DNA from: Calditrichales bacterium | Lineage (GTDB): Bacteria > Calditrichota > Calditrichia > Calditrichales > J004 | DNA: 64,000 nt | Assembly: GCA_965267575.1 (NCBI GenBank) | Contig: OZ254086.1 | Location: 3,104,001-3,168,000 of the forward strand | Reading direction: 5' to 3' | Shown: positions 1 to 9,154 of the stretch, one piece after another | How positions within the stretch are numbered: position 1 is the first letter of the stretch | Layout: each line of letters begins with the position of its first letter | The notes under the pieces: model-generated | Database searches by the model: none | The model's input: only the letters and a program-made list of their open reading frames with translations | What the model was told of the DNA's origin: nothing | Translations under genes and position numbers: made by a program

Positions 1-2499
1 ATAAACTATACGCGCCTTGGATCCGTCGCTTTTCGAATCCACGGACGGACGTGAGCCGCTCAGGATATGCGGGCTGGCCGTCCATGTGGAGGAACCATCC
101 TGCTTGTAGAAGGTGCGTATGCGCGGGTTACCCGTGGACGAATCATTTTCTTCAACCACCAGCAACAGGTAATCGATATTATTGTCCTTAAAAGTTGTAA
201 GAACAGGCGCCGGATTGGACGACGTGATATTTAATGTAGCAACGAGGGTTTCCGACGACCATGTTCCGCCATTAACGGGCTTTGATTTAACATAAACGTT
301 ATATTGCGGATTCGGAATATACCAGGTCCAGGCAAGATAAAGGGTATTGTCGAAAAGCATTAGATGGGGATTGAGCTGATTGTCATCAGGTCCACCAGTT
401 AGTTCTAAAACCTCTTGTTCCTGATCCCAGGTTGCGCCGTTATCGGTGGAATGGGTGTACCAAAGTTCATAGCCGTCGGCATAAACCATGTGCAACTCCG
501 TGGCATTTTCGCGCACGATGCGCCGCCCATTGTTCAAACCGCTGGGCGTGGTTTTGTCTGAAGCGAGATGCCCCTTGTAAACCGCCCGGGCCTGGGCGCC
601 GCTTTCTTTGAATACCAGCGCCGTTTGCGTGTTGGCGGCATCTTCAAACTCCACGTCCGTGCCCTCCCAGCGTTGGAAATACCACAGCACGTCTTCCCCG
701 TGGAAGGGTATGGTTTGTGTGGCTGCGGTTTTTACGGAATAATAGGGTACCGGGTCATTAAAATCTTGATCAAGAAAAACGCCGCCGCTGGTTTCGTTGT
801 AGCTGCCTGTGGGCTGGTATGGAGAGTCGAAGGGCAGAAAAGTGTCCGGCTGCTGCCCGTTTGCATCCACGTACCAGGGATCGTGGAATGCTAGGTTGCC
901 ACCGTTGGAACTGGCCGAAGAAAAGGAATTTTCTACAGTTACCATATAGATAGAATTAAAACTCGCATGTTGTTCCCTTTGATTCGTAAAAAAATCACGG
1001 TTTAGAAAGTGTTCTTGTTGACTATTTTTCCAATCTTTATGTTTAGAAATATTTGACGCTGAAAAACGCTCACGTAACGTTTCAATATTATGCTGTTCAA
1101 TATTTTCATAATAGCGCCATTCACCAGATTCTATTGTCTCGGAGCCGTCCAGTTTTAATTGCCCCCCTGCATCTTCATCGGCAATGACATTCATAAATTG
1201 TACTGGGTAAAGGTCGCTAATATCGGCATAGTATGTATAATCCTCCCTAAAACCTTCTCCATTGAGAATTGGCATAAAGATAACATAATCCTCGTCAACA
1301 GATGGATGTTGAGCCGTTCCATTGTCATCATCGGTTAGGTTAAACTCTGTAACAAGATTAACTTCTCCCCCCATGATGCCCATTGCCAGCGCTTTCCAAA
1401 GAAGGTCATCTTCGCCATCAAAAGTTATATCTAGATAATTACCAGAAGCATTATTGAAACGGATATATGTGACACCACCCGGGCCATGCATTTTTTTGGG
1501 ATTGGTGTTTTGTAAAACAGGATAGTCACTGTGTTCCGCATAGAGAGGAGCTGTGTGATATTCGGCAGCATCGCTGAAATGGTGGCTGTCGTTACGGCTT
1601 CCGGTAAAATAACGCCAGATACCATAATTCTTTTTAGCGGTTGTTAGATCGGACGAATAGTTATTTTGCAGGACTATTTCCTTTTGTGAAAAAAAATCTG
1701 TCTGGCCTGCGCTGCCGCAACTTTCCCACACTTCCCTTACAATAGTAGGGCTACTATAAAATTCGTCAAGGAATAGCGGCCATAGACCGCCGGCATATTC
1801 ATAAGTGCTAAAAGCCACGTTTTCATTAATGCTTAATTCAGGATTTGCAATCGGCGTGTCATTTGATTCCTGCAATCTATATTTTAATAGATTTACAATA
1901 GGATAAATGCGCTTTTCCATATAGGTTGCAGTGTTTTCATAAAACCACACGTCCTCGGGAATCCAACTGTAGGCAAGCTGGCTGGCATGATGCAGTTCGT
2001 GGGCTGCCAGTGATTTTAATCTGTCCTGTTCTCCCACAGGGGAGTTAGGCACCGGGTCCTTGCGCAGTTCCACCCAGCTGCTGTAACTGTTAGTATAATC
2101 TGAACCCGGAGCAGGCGTATCTTCGGGTTGTGTGATACCGTTGTATCCCTCTAAGTCATGGATATAAATATCATATTTGGTATCTCCACCCATGCCGTTG
2201 TCCTGTGGCGGCGCAAGCCAACCTTGGGCGACTATCTCGCTGTGGACTTCTTCTGCATACGTAGCAATGGCGTCCGCCCAAGCCTGTGTCGTGGCGTCAT
2301 CACCGCTTAATGTATAGTGGATTTTAAAATTGGCTGTGTTTATTGTCGTTGGCGTCCCGGACAACATCGGACGTGTTTCGGTTATTATTCCCTGAGCCAA
2401 AAAGGTTTCGGCAATCTGACCTAAGCCACATTCTTCAAAGCCTTCATCCGCAAATAAGAAAGTGAAAAAAAGTAAAGTGAATAATAATATCCTGTACAT
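1..2499 (-). CDS. Large secreted zinc metalloprotease (MXAN_6640-like HEXXH domain plus Asp-box region); 3' end truncated by the window edge
   Basis: Not in the ORF track because no stop lies inside the window. ATG at 2499 follows the SD AAAGGAG. Manual translation is open for 833 codons: signal peptide MYRILLFTLLFFTFLFA, NFKIHYT, PPQDNGMGGDTKYDIY, AAHELHHASQ (HEXXH at 1987-2001), WFYENTA, Asp-box STDNGATW (427-450). Confidence 0.85.
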   Translation of the reverse strand, partial: MYRILLFTLLFFTFLFADEGFEECGLGQIAETFLAQGIITETRPMLSGTPTTINTANFKIHYTLSGDDATTQAWADAIATYAEEVHSEIVAQGWLAPPQDNGMGGDTKYDIYIHDLEGYNGITQPEDTPAPGSDYTNSYSSWVELRKDPVPNSPVGEQDRLKSLAAHELHHASQLAYSWIPEDVWFYENTATYMEKRIYPIVNLLKYRLQESNDTPIANPELSINENVAFSTYEYAGGLWPLFLDEFYSSPTIVREVWESCGSAGQTDFFSQKEIVLQNNYSSDLTTAKKNYGIWRYFTGSRNDSHHFSDAAEYHTAPLYAEHSDYPVLQNTNPKKMHGPGGVTYIRFNNASGNYLDITFDGEDDLLWKALAMGIMGGEVNLVTEFNLTDDDNGTAQHPSVDEDYVIFMPILNGEGFREDYTYYADISDLYPVQFMNVIADEDAGGQLKLDGSETIESGEWRYYENIEQHNIETLRERFSASNISKHKDWKNSQQEHFLNRDFFTNQREQHASFNSIYMVTVENSFSSASSNGGNLAFHDPWYVDANGQQPDTFLPFDSPYQPTGSYNETSGGVFLDQDFNDPVPYYSVKTAATQTIPFHGEDVLWYFQRWEGTDVEFEDAANTQTALVFKESGAQARAVYKGHLASDKTTPSGLNNGRRIVRENATELHMVYADGYELWYTHSTDNGATWDQEQEVLELTGGPDDNQLNPHLMLFDNTLYLAWTWYIPNPQYNVYVKSKPVNGGTWSSETLVATLNITSSNPAPVLTTFKDNNIDYLLLVVEENDSSTGNPRIRTFYKQDGSSTWTASPHILSGSRPSVDSKSDGSKARIVY

Positions 2500-2511
2500 A
2501 AGTGTTCTCCT

Positions 2512-3882
2512 TTATGGTTTTAGTAAAATTATTTTTCCTTTAGAAAAAATATCAAAAGACTCTCCTACAGCACAGATTCCTTTACTATGTACAGATATAG
2601 AATTAAAATGTCCGTCATAATCTGTTCCGATATATTGAGGAGTACTGCCGTTAAAATGCCATAGCATAGATCGGTCTCCACAAATCCAGATATTGTTTAT
2701 ATCTGTTGCGTCCATATATGAAGGAAAATAACGCAAGCGCGGATAAAACCGTTTACTCACGCCGTTTGTGGTAAAAGTATAGACAGCGCTGCTGCTGGCA
2801 ACATAGGTTTTTTTCTGTAAGAAAACGCCTGTAGAAAGGTTGCCGGCCATAGAATCGGGATCGGATGGCTGCATGCGAATATCAACATATCTTTCTATTG
2901 CAACCTGATTATTCCTAATGGATAATAAAACAGAATATGGTTCGCCACTTGTCCAGCCGCAGGCCCACACCGTGTTGCCATCAGACGTACCCCATACATC
3001 GGTCAGGTTCACATCCGTGCCGCTTTCCAGCTTTGTCCAGCTTTGCCCGTCGTAGTGGACAATTGTCCCGCCATTGCCGACGATATACAGGTCTTGGGTT
3101 GACGTGCCCCAAATCCTTTTAATTGCACCGTTTATTAGCTCATTCATTCCGCAATCGTTTCTAAAATTTTCGCCATTATAATGTACAAGGCTACCTGCTC
3201 TGGCAAACCAGATATCGTTTTCAGAAAAAGCGTACGTGGCGGTAAGTTCTGGGTATTTCACAGCACTACATGGCCCGGTAAATGGAATCTTAACCAACTC
3301 CCATTTCTCCCCATCCCAGTGCACGGCATTGTAATTCTCAAATTCACCGGCGGAGTCGGCAACGCTTATCCGGCCAACGGCCCAGATGTTGTTTTCATCC
3401 ACAATGGCCACGTCGTTCAGGTAGCTGCTTCCGCCGGCGCCACCAAATTCGTACACCTGCCAGCTAAAGTTGTGGCCGGTGGTATCCATGGTGCGGCGGT
3501 TAAAGGCAAAGCGGTACCATTGCTGTTGCGTGCTGTCTTTGGCCAGCCATAGCTCGTAGAGGTAGTTTTCATTGGGCTGCAAATTATCGTCGTAGAAGGC
3601 GGTGTCGCTGCCGGTCAGTGTATGGCGGAAAAGTAGGGTGTCGTGCAGCGTGTCTTTAACATTGGCGCGGGTCAGCGCGGCCAGTGTCGGCAGGTGGGCG
3701 TTCTGCAATTGCAGGCGAAGGCCCAGCCTTGTCAGGCCGGTGTCGCTTACAGTCAGCATGGCGGCAGGCTCCACGTTGCCGTTCTCCGGCGGGTCGGTCG
3801 GCTGCTCGCTGCAAAAGAGCAGCGCCATCAGCACTGTAACGGGCAGGGTGATGTTTACTATGTTTTTTATGGTCATCTTCAT
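2512..3882 (-). CDS. Putative lipoprotein with Fn3-like segment and beta-propeller (WxVG/HYDG repeats)
   Basis: Hydrophobic N-terminus ending LLFC. DTTGHNFSW motif and repeats NNIWAVG, HWDGEKW, HYDGQSW, DVWG. Stop lies 12 bp upstream of the protease start. Confidence 0.7.
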   Translation of the reverse strand: MKMTIKNIVNITLPVTVLMALLFCSEQPTDPPENGNVEPAAMLTVSDTGLTRLGLRLQLQNAHLPTLAALTRANVKDTLHDTLLFRHTLTGSDTAFYDDNLQPNENYLYELWLAKDSTQQQWYRFAFNRRTMDTTGHNFSWQVYEFGGAGGSSYLNDVAIVDENNIWAVGRISVADSAGEFENYNAVHWDGEKWELVKIPFTGPCSAVKYPELTATYAFSENDIWFARAGSLVHYNGENFRNDCGMNELINGAIKRIWGTSTQDLYIVGNGGTIVHYDGQSWTKLESGTDVNLTDVWGTSDGNTVWACGWTSGEPYSVLLSIRNNQVAIERYVDIRMQPSDPDSMAGNLSTGVFLQKKTYVASSSAVYTFTTNGVSKRFYPRLRYFPSYMDATDINNIWICGDRSMLWHFNGSTPQYIGTDYDGHFNSISVHSKGICAVGESFDIFSKGKIILLKP

Positions 3883-4084
3883 ATTTCCCTCGTGTCTATG
3901 GGCTTATCAGGCAGCTTAGCATTTATGATGTGTCCATGTCAACACCTCCTTTTTAAATGGCGGGCTTTGCTGTGTGCGGGGCCAACATGCAAACGTCTCA
4001 TATATTCAGAGACACAAAGGCGGGGATATTTCTCAGGTAATATAATTATGGATATGCCCTGGCGGTAGATGCAAAAAATATTTT

Positions 4085-4894
4085 TCAAACTTTTAACCGC
4101 TTCTTCAAAAAGCGCATCATAAAGAGATTTACTTCCCACTGCTCCGCGATCGGTTCGCCGCTGAAGGGGCGTTTTAGCATGTAAGGCGCCGGGCCAAACT
4201 CGGGGCAGATTGTCAGGATCTTGCTGCCATCCTTTTGGCGCCGGTCAACGATCTCCTGCCACCAGCCCAGGTGGATAGCGAGATGCCGCTGCCAGGCGGG
4301 GTCGCGCGGATCGGGGATTTGCGGCCCTTCTATGTAACCGACGCGGGCGTGGACGTGGACACTGTTTTGCGCCGCGCGCAGCAGCGCCTGTTGCTGGTTT
4401 TGCAACAGCGATTCATGGACGCAGCACCAGTGCGAAAAATCGGCCACCAGCCTCAGGTCAGGCAGGGCATCCAGCAGCGCCATGGTCGACATCGTGCTGA
4501 AGGTGGGCCTGCCGCGGTGGATTTCGTGGGCAACCGGGACAGCGTATTTGTCTTCCAGTTGCGCCGCATATTCAAAAATTTTCAGATTGTCCTGCAGCGA
4601 ATAGAAATCCTTGCCGCTATGGGAGTTTACCAGCAACGGGGCAAAGGGCAGGGCCGCTTCATATTGCCGTTTAAAGCTGTTGCAGTGTACGTCAGCCGTC
4701 TCGCCGTCCGTCCATTGCTGCACGATCAGCAGCAAATCCAAATCCGCCAGGAGTGACTTGAGCAAGGCGCGCTCTTTTGTCCCGTGCGGGATGCCGGTTT
4801 CAACGCCGTCATAACCGGCTTGCTTTATTTTGGCGAGATCGGCGCGCAGGTCACCGCTCATGCCCCAGGTGCTGCAGAAATATTTTATTTGCAT
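4085..4894 (-). CDS. Sugar phosphate isomerase/epimerase (AP endonuclease 2 / xylose isomerase-like TIM barrel)
   Basis: GYDGVE, HEIHRGR, ADFSHW, HVHARVG and PEFGP metal-binding motifs. Confidence 0.8.
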   Translation of the reverse strand: MQIKYFCSTWGMSGDLRADLAKIKQAGYDGVETGIPHGTKERALLKSLLADLDLLLIVQQWTDGETADVHCNSFKRQYEAALPFAPLLVNSHSGKDFYSLQDNLKIFEYAAQLEDKYAVPVAHEIHRGRPTFSTMSTMALLDALPDLRLVADFSHWCCVHESLLQNQQQALLRAAQNSVHVHARVGYIEGPQIPDPRDPAWQRHLAIHLGWWQEIVDRRQKDGSKILTICPEFGPAPYMLKRPFSGEPIAEQWEVNLFMMRFLKKRLKV

Positions 4895-4959
4895 TGTTTG
4901 CCCGTCTTTTTGTGCGCTTTGTAATTTTGTCTGCCCGCAAATTAGCCTATTTTGCGGCC

Positions 4960-6594
4960 ATGAAAAAAATAATTCTTTTTATCGGATTACTTTACGGGCT
5001 GGGTGTAGCCGGCACGGTAGATGTGGACGCTGCCACGCCCAATGGCGTGGAGATGCGCAAAATTTTTGACGCCTTCCGCTCGGCATTGCCGCCACCCGAG
5101 AACCGCCTGCGCGAGATCAAAAGCAGTCTTACGCGGATGTTTATCCCGCTTACCGGGGCCACACAGGGCTACGGCGATTCGCTGGATGTGGTAAAAGGCG
5201 AATACCCTAATTTTGTATACGATTTCAGCATCAGTGACAGCCAGTGGGTGGAGCCGGTGCTGGCACAGGGCACCAACCTCAACCTGGGCTACTGCTGGAT
5301 GCCCGCCGCCCTGAACAGCAATAATCCCACGGGTCCGCCCGAAAACTACGATGCCTGGGAAGAATTCAACTACCAGTGGGCCAAACACCATTACGAAAAA
5401 TACGGCATCACCTGGTATGAAATCTATAACGAACCGGATTACCACTATTTCTTTACCGGCAGCCGTGATGATTATTTTAAGATGTACAGGTACGCCGTCA
5501 TGGGTATAAAGCGTGCTGTTCCGGATGCCATTGTTGGCGGTCCCGCGCTGGCAGGCGAAATCGGCTGGGTCGGCCCTTTTCTGGATTACATCCAGCAAAA
5601 CGATCTGCCTATTGACTTTGTCTCTTACCACGGCCAGGATAACGGTTTTGAGAGCCTGCGTTATTACAAAGATTACCAGGACATCATTGAAGAACTGGAT
5701 CAACGCGGGCTGAATGATGTGCAGGTGCACTTGAATGAATTTTCTTACGAGATCGATTCGCGCCAGGGCGACGAGTACGACCGCAGCAAATGCGCGGCCT
5801 ATTACGCCGGCACGTTCAAGCACATGTTGTTTAACATGCCGCGGTTGGAACGCTTCAATAAAACAATCATAAATAACGGCGATATTCTCGGTATGTGGGA
5901 ATACCTGGGCCTGATCGAGCTGGACAATACGCCCAAGGCCAAGTTCAATCTGTTTAAGATGTACGCCATGCTGCCGGATGAAGGGCTGCAAACGGAAGTG
6001 ACCGGGGATATCGACGCCATGGCCGCTATCAACGATTCCACCGTTGGCGTGATGGTCTGGAACAAAACGTCAATTTCGCAGCCTTTGGAGCTAAACCTGA
6101 AAAACATACCTTTTGAAGCACAAGGCGTACAGGTCTACCTGATCGATCCCGAGCATTCGTCCTATTGGGACAATCCGGCCAGTGCCGAGCTGGAGCGCGT
6201 GCAGCAATATCCCATCAGCGGAAAAAGCTTTTCCGACACGACGACCATGCGCGAATACAGCGTTTATCTTTACCTCATCAGCAGCGAAAAGGTGACGGCA
6301 CTCCACCGGCAGGAAGCGGGCCAGTCAGCGGACACAAAATCTGAACTGCTTGTCTATCCCAATCCATTCAATCAGTCGGCGCGAATTGAATTTACGTTGC
6401 AGCAATCAACAGATATCAGCATAACGCTGCACGACAACCGGGGACGGATTGTTAGGGCCATCGAGAGCGGCCGCCGAGCTTCAGGATACCATTCACTGAG
6501 TTATGATGCTGGCGGGCTGGCCAGCGGCATCTACTGGCTGCACATAAAGGGCTCCGGCATACGCCAGGTCAAAAAGATCGTGCTGCTACGTTAG
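4960..6594 (+). CDS. Secreted GH39-like glycoside hydrolase with C-terminal sorting domain
   Basis: Signal peptide MKKIILFIGLLYGLGVA (start moved to ATG 4960). EIYNEPD acid/base, VGGPA, DFVSYH, HLNEF nucleophile; tail VYPNPFN...KKIVLLR. Confidence 0.8.
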   Translation: MKKIILFIGLLYGLGVAGTVDVDAATPNGVEMRKIFDAFRSALPPPENRLREIKSSLTRMFIPLTGATQGYGDSLDVVKGEYPNFVYDFSISDSQWVEPVLAQGTNLNLGYCWMPAALNSNNPTGPPENYDAWEEFNYQWAKHHYEKYGITWYEIYNEPDYHYFFTGSRDDYFKMYRYAVMGIKRAVPDAIVGGPALAGEIGWVGPFLDYIQQNDLPIDFVSYHGQDNGFESLRYYKDYQDIIEELDQRGLNDVQVHLNEFSYEIDSRQGDEYDRSKCAAYYAGTFKHMLFNMPRLERFNKTIINNGDILGMWEYLGLIELDNTPKAKFNLFKMYAMLPDEGLQTEVTGDIDAMAAINDSTVGVMVWNKTSISQPLELNLKNIPFEAQGVQVYLIDPEHSSYWDNPASAELERVQQYPISGKSFSDTTTMREYSVYLYLISSEKVTALHRQEAGQSADTKSELLVYPNPFNQSARIEFTLQQSTDISITLHDNRGRIVRAIESGRRASGYHSLSYDAGGLASGIYWLHIKGSGIRQVKKIVLLR

Positions 6595-6717
6595 CTTTTG
6601 CGGCTGGCCCAAATAAAGTCAGGCAATAATGTGATTTTTAGGAAATTCCATTAAAACTTTTTTGTAAATTGCATACCCCGCCCAGGAAGGCATAACCACC
6701 AAGAATGGAGAAATGCA

Positions 6718-8715
6718 ATGACACGGCCTGCTCTGACTATTCTGCTGATTCTTACTTCTTTCTGTTTCAGCCAGTATCCCGATGCACATAGAACGATAAT
6801 GGAAATGGAGCGTGAACGGCACAGCCGTTTCTCCACTAAACTTGCCAAAACAAGCTTCGATCCGGCGCGCCACGTTTTTGATGCACACTTTTACGGCCTG
6901 GACCTTGAAATTGACCCGGACCGCGAATACCTGCGCGGAGCCGTGACGGTGAAGGGCACATCCCTGCGTGATTCGCTTTCCGAAATAGAGCTCGACCTGT
7001 ATGATAACATGCAAATTGATTCGATCACTTCTGCGGCAGGGCTTTTGGGTTTTACCCATGCCGGCGGCAAAATCCGCGTGCAATGGCCGGAAAACCTCGC
7101 CAATGGCGATCAATTTCAACTGACGGTTTATTATGGCGGAAAGCCCGAATCCTCCGGCTTTGGATCGTTCAGCTTTACCAGCTACAACGGCAACCCCGTT
7201 ATTTCCACGCTAAGTGAACCTTATGGGGCGCCCAGTTGGTGGCCCTGCAAAGACGATCCTTCCGACAAGGCCGATTCCGTCGATATTATAGTGACGGTGC
7301 CCAAGGATTTGGTGGTAGCGTCCAACGGCGTGCTTGTAGACGAAGGCTACCGTCGTGACGGTCGAAAAATCTATCACTGGCAGGAGCGCTATCCCATAAC
7401 CACCTATCTCGTATCGCTGGCCATAAGCAATTATAAACGCTGGTCGGAGTATTATCACTACAGCGCCGATGATTCCATGGAAGTGCAGTTTTTCGCCTAT
7501 CCGTCGCACCTGAGCAAGGCTAAAGAAGATTTTAATGTGATTGTGCCCATGCTGGAATTTTACAGCGATATTTATGGAGAGTATCCGTTCATCAAGGAAA
7601 AATACGGCATGGCAGAATTCCCCTGGGGCGGGGCGATGGAACACCAAACCTGCACCAGCTATGGTCACGGCCTGGTACGCGGCAATCATTATTACGATTT
7701 TATCGCGGCGCATGAACTGGTGCACCAGTGGTTTGGTGATTATGTCACGATGGACACCTGGCCGCACATCTGGCTGAACGAAGGCTTTGCCACGCACGGT
7801 GAGGCGCTGTGGGAAGAACACATCAAAGGGCCGGCTGCCTATCGCCGCTATATGAACGACCTGGATGCTTACGGCTATTTTACCGGCCCGGTCTACATCG
7901 CCAATGATGATAATGTGAACGCGCTGTTCAGCCGCACTGTCTATGACAAGGGCGCCTGGGTACTGCACATGCTGCGTTTCGTGATGGGCGAAGAGGCCTT
8001 TTTTGAAATGCTGAAGGTTTACCCGCAGCGCTTTGCCTTTTCCACGGCCACAACGGAGCAGCTGCGCGACGTTTGCGAAGAGCTTTCCGGCATGGAGCTG
8101 GACTGGTTTTTTGAACAATGGATTTACGGCGCCAACCGGCCCTTTTACGAATATAGCTGGTACACTGTGAAAGAGAACGACTCCAGTCGCGTCATGCTCT
8201 CCATCAGTCAGATACAGACAAATGCCGGCCTGTTTAAAATGCCGCTGGAGATTGAATTATCGCTGGCAGATGGCATTGACACGACCTTTGTAATTTGGGA
8301 CAGCCTGGCGCAGCAGGATTTTGCATTCACCGTGGCTGATTCCGTCAAAAACCTGTCCATAGATCCGCAGCACCGGCTGCTGCGCAAACTGCGCCGCGTT
8401 GATCCTACAGGCATTGAAGATGTGCCGGGACAGCCGCTGCAATGGGTGCTGGAGCCAAACTATCCCAATCCCTTTAACCCGCAGACAACGATAGATTTTC
8501 AAACGGCCGGGGATGGAATCGTTGAAATAGCTGTTTTTAATATGCTGGGGCAAAAGGTGAAAACGCTGTTTAGCGGCTTCCGCGCCAAAGGCAACGGACG
8601 CGTTGTTTGGCAGGGTGATACGGATAAGGGCGTCCGGGCTTCGAGCGGTGTCTATTTCTATGAATTGAGAAGCGCCACAACGACGCTAAGGCGAAAGATG
8701 CTTCTGCTGCGCTAG
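6718..8715 (+). CDS. Secreted M1 aminopeptidase with FlgD/T9SS-type C-terminal domain
   Basis: GGAMEH, HELVHQW...WLNEG, YDKGAW; tail NYPNPFNP...RKMLLLR. Confidence 0.92.
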   Translation: MTRPALTILLILTSFCFSQYPDAHRTIMEMERERHSRFSTKLAKTSFDPARHVFDAHFYGLDLEIDPDREYLRGAVTVKGTSLRDSLSEIELDLYDNMQIDSITSAAGLLGFTHAGGKIRVQWPENLANGDQFQLTVYYGGKPESSGFGSFSFTSYNGNPVISTLSEPYGAPSWWPCKDDPSDKADSVDIIVTVPKDLVVASNGVLVDEGYRRDGRKIYHWQERYPITTYLVSLAISNYKRWSEYYHYSADDSMEVQFFAYPSHLSKAKEDFNVIVPMLEFYSDIYGEYPFIKEKYGMAEFPWGGAMEHQTCTSYGHGLVRGNHYYDFIAAHELVHQWFGDYVTMDTWPHIWLNEGFATHGEALWEEHIKGPAAYRRYMNDLDAYGYFTGPVYIANDDNVNALFSRTVYDKGAWVLHMLRFVMGEEAFFEMLKVYPQRFAFSTATTEQLRDVCEELSGMELDWFFEQWIYGANRPFYEYSWYTVKENDSSRVMLSISQIQTNAGLFKMPLEIELSLADGIDTTFVIWDSLAQQDFAFTVADSVKNLSIDPQHRLLRKLRRVDPTGIEDVPGQPLQWVLEPNYPNPFNPQTTIDFQTAGDGIVEIAVFNMLGQKVKTLFSGFRAKGNGRVVWQGDTDKGVRASSGVYFYELRSATTTLRRKMLLLR

Positions 8716-8724
8716 AATATTAAA

Positions 8725-8747
8725 GCGGGTACTTTGCCCGTACCCGC
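8725..8747. terminator. Hairpin between convergent genes, probable terminator
   Basis: GCGGGTAC-N7-GTACCCGC, with AAA on the left side. Confidence 0.55.
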
Positions 8748-8750
8748 TGC

Positions 8751-9035
8751 TTAATCCGAATCCATGCCGATGGAAAACATCGACTCCAGATCGTGCTTGG
8801 AAAAAGTCTGGAATGCCAGGAGAGTGGTGGTATGCGTAATGCCGTCCATTTTCAGCAACTTGGCCGTAACAAGCTCGGAAAGCGCCTCGTTGTTGGCCAG
8901 CCTGGCAATGGCGATCAGATCATATTGACCGCTGACCGAATAGACTTCGGAAATGCCGTTTGTTTCGGCCAGCTTTTCCGCCACCTCGTTGATCTGTGAT
9001 CTTTCCGTATTGATTAAAATTATTGATGTAACCAT
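8751..9035 (-). CDS. Stand-alone Lrp/AsnC ligand-binding domain protein
   Basis: 94 aa; EVYSVSGQYDLIA motif; no HTH. Confidence 0.85.
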   Translation of the reverse strand: MVTSIILINTERSQINEVAEKLAETNGISEVYSVSGQYDLIAIARLANNEALSELVTAKLLKMDGITHTTTLLAFQTFSKHDLESMFSIGMDSD

Positions 9036-9154
9036 TCGATTCTCCGTTTTTCATTCGAGATCCCGGTGTGACTAAATCGCCAAACGGGATGACATATGAG
9101 ATGCATTATTTTCTGGTAACGGAGTTTAGTAAAGCGGTCTCCGTTACACCGCCG

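Noticed and set aside
568..1625. ORF-track entries 568-894 and 1431-1625
   Set aside because: They are shadows of the real 2499-to-edge protease frame.
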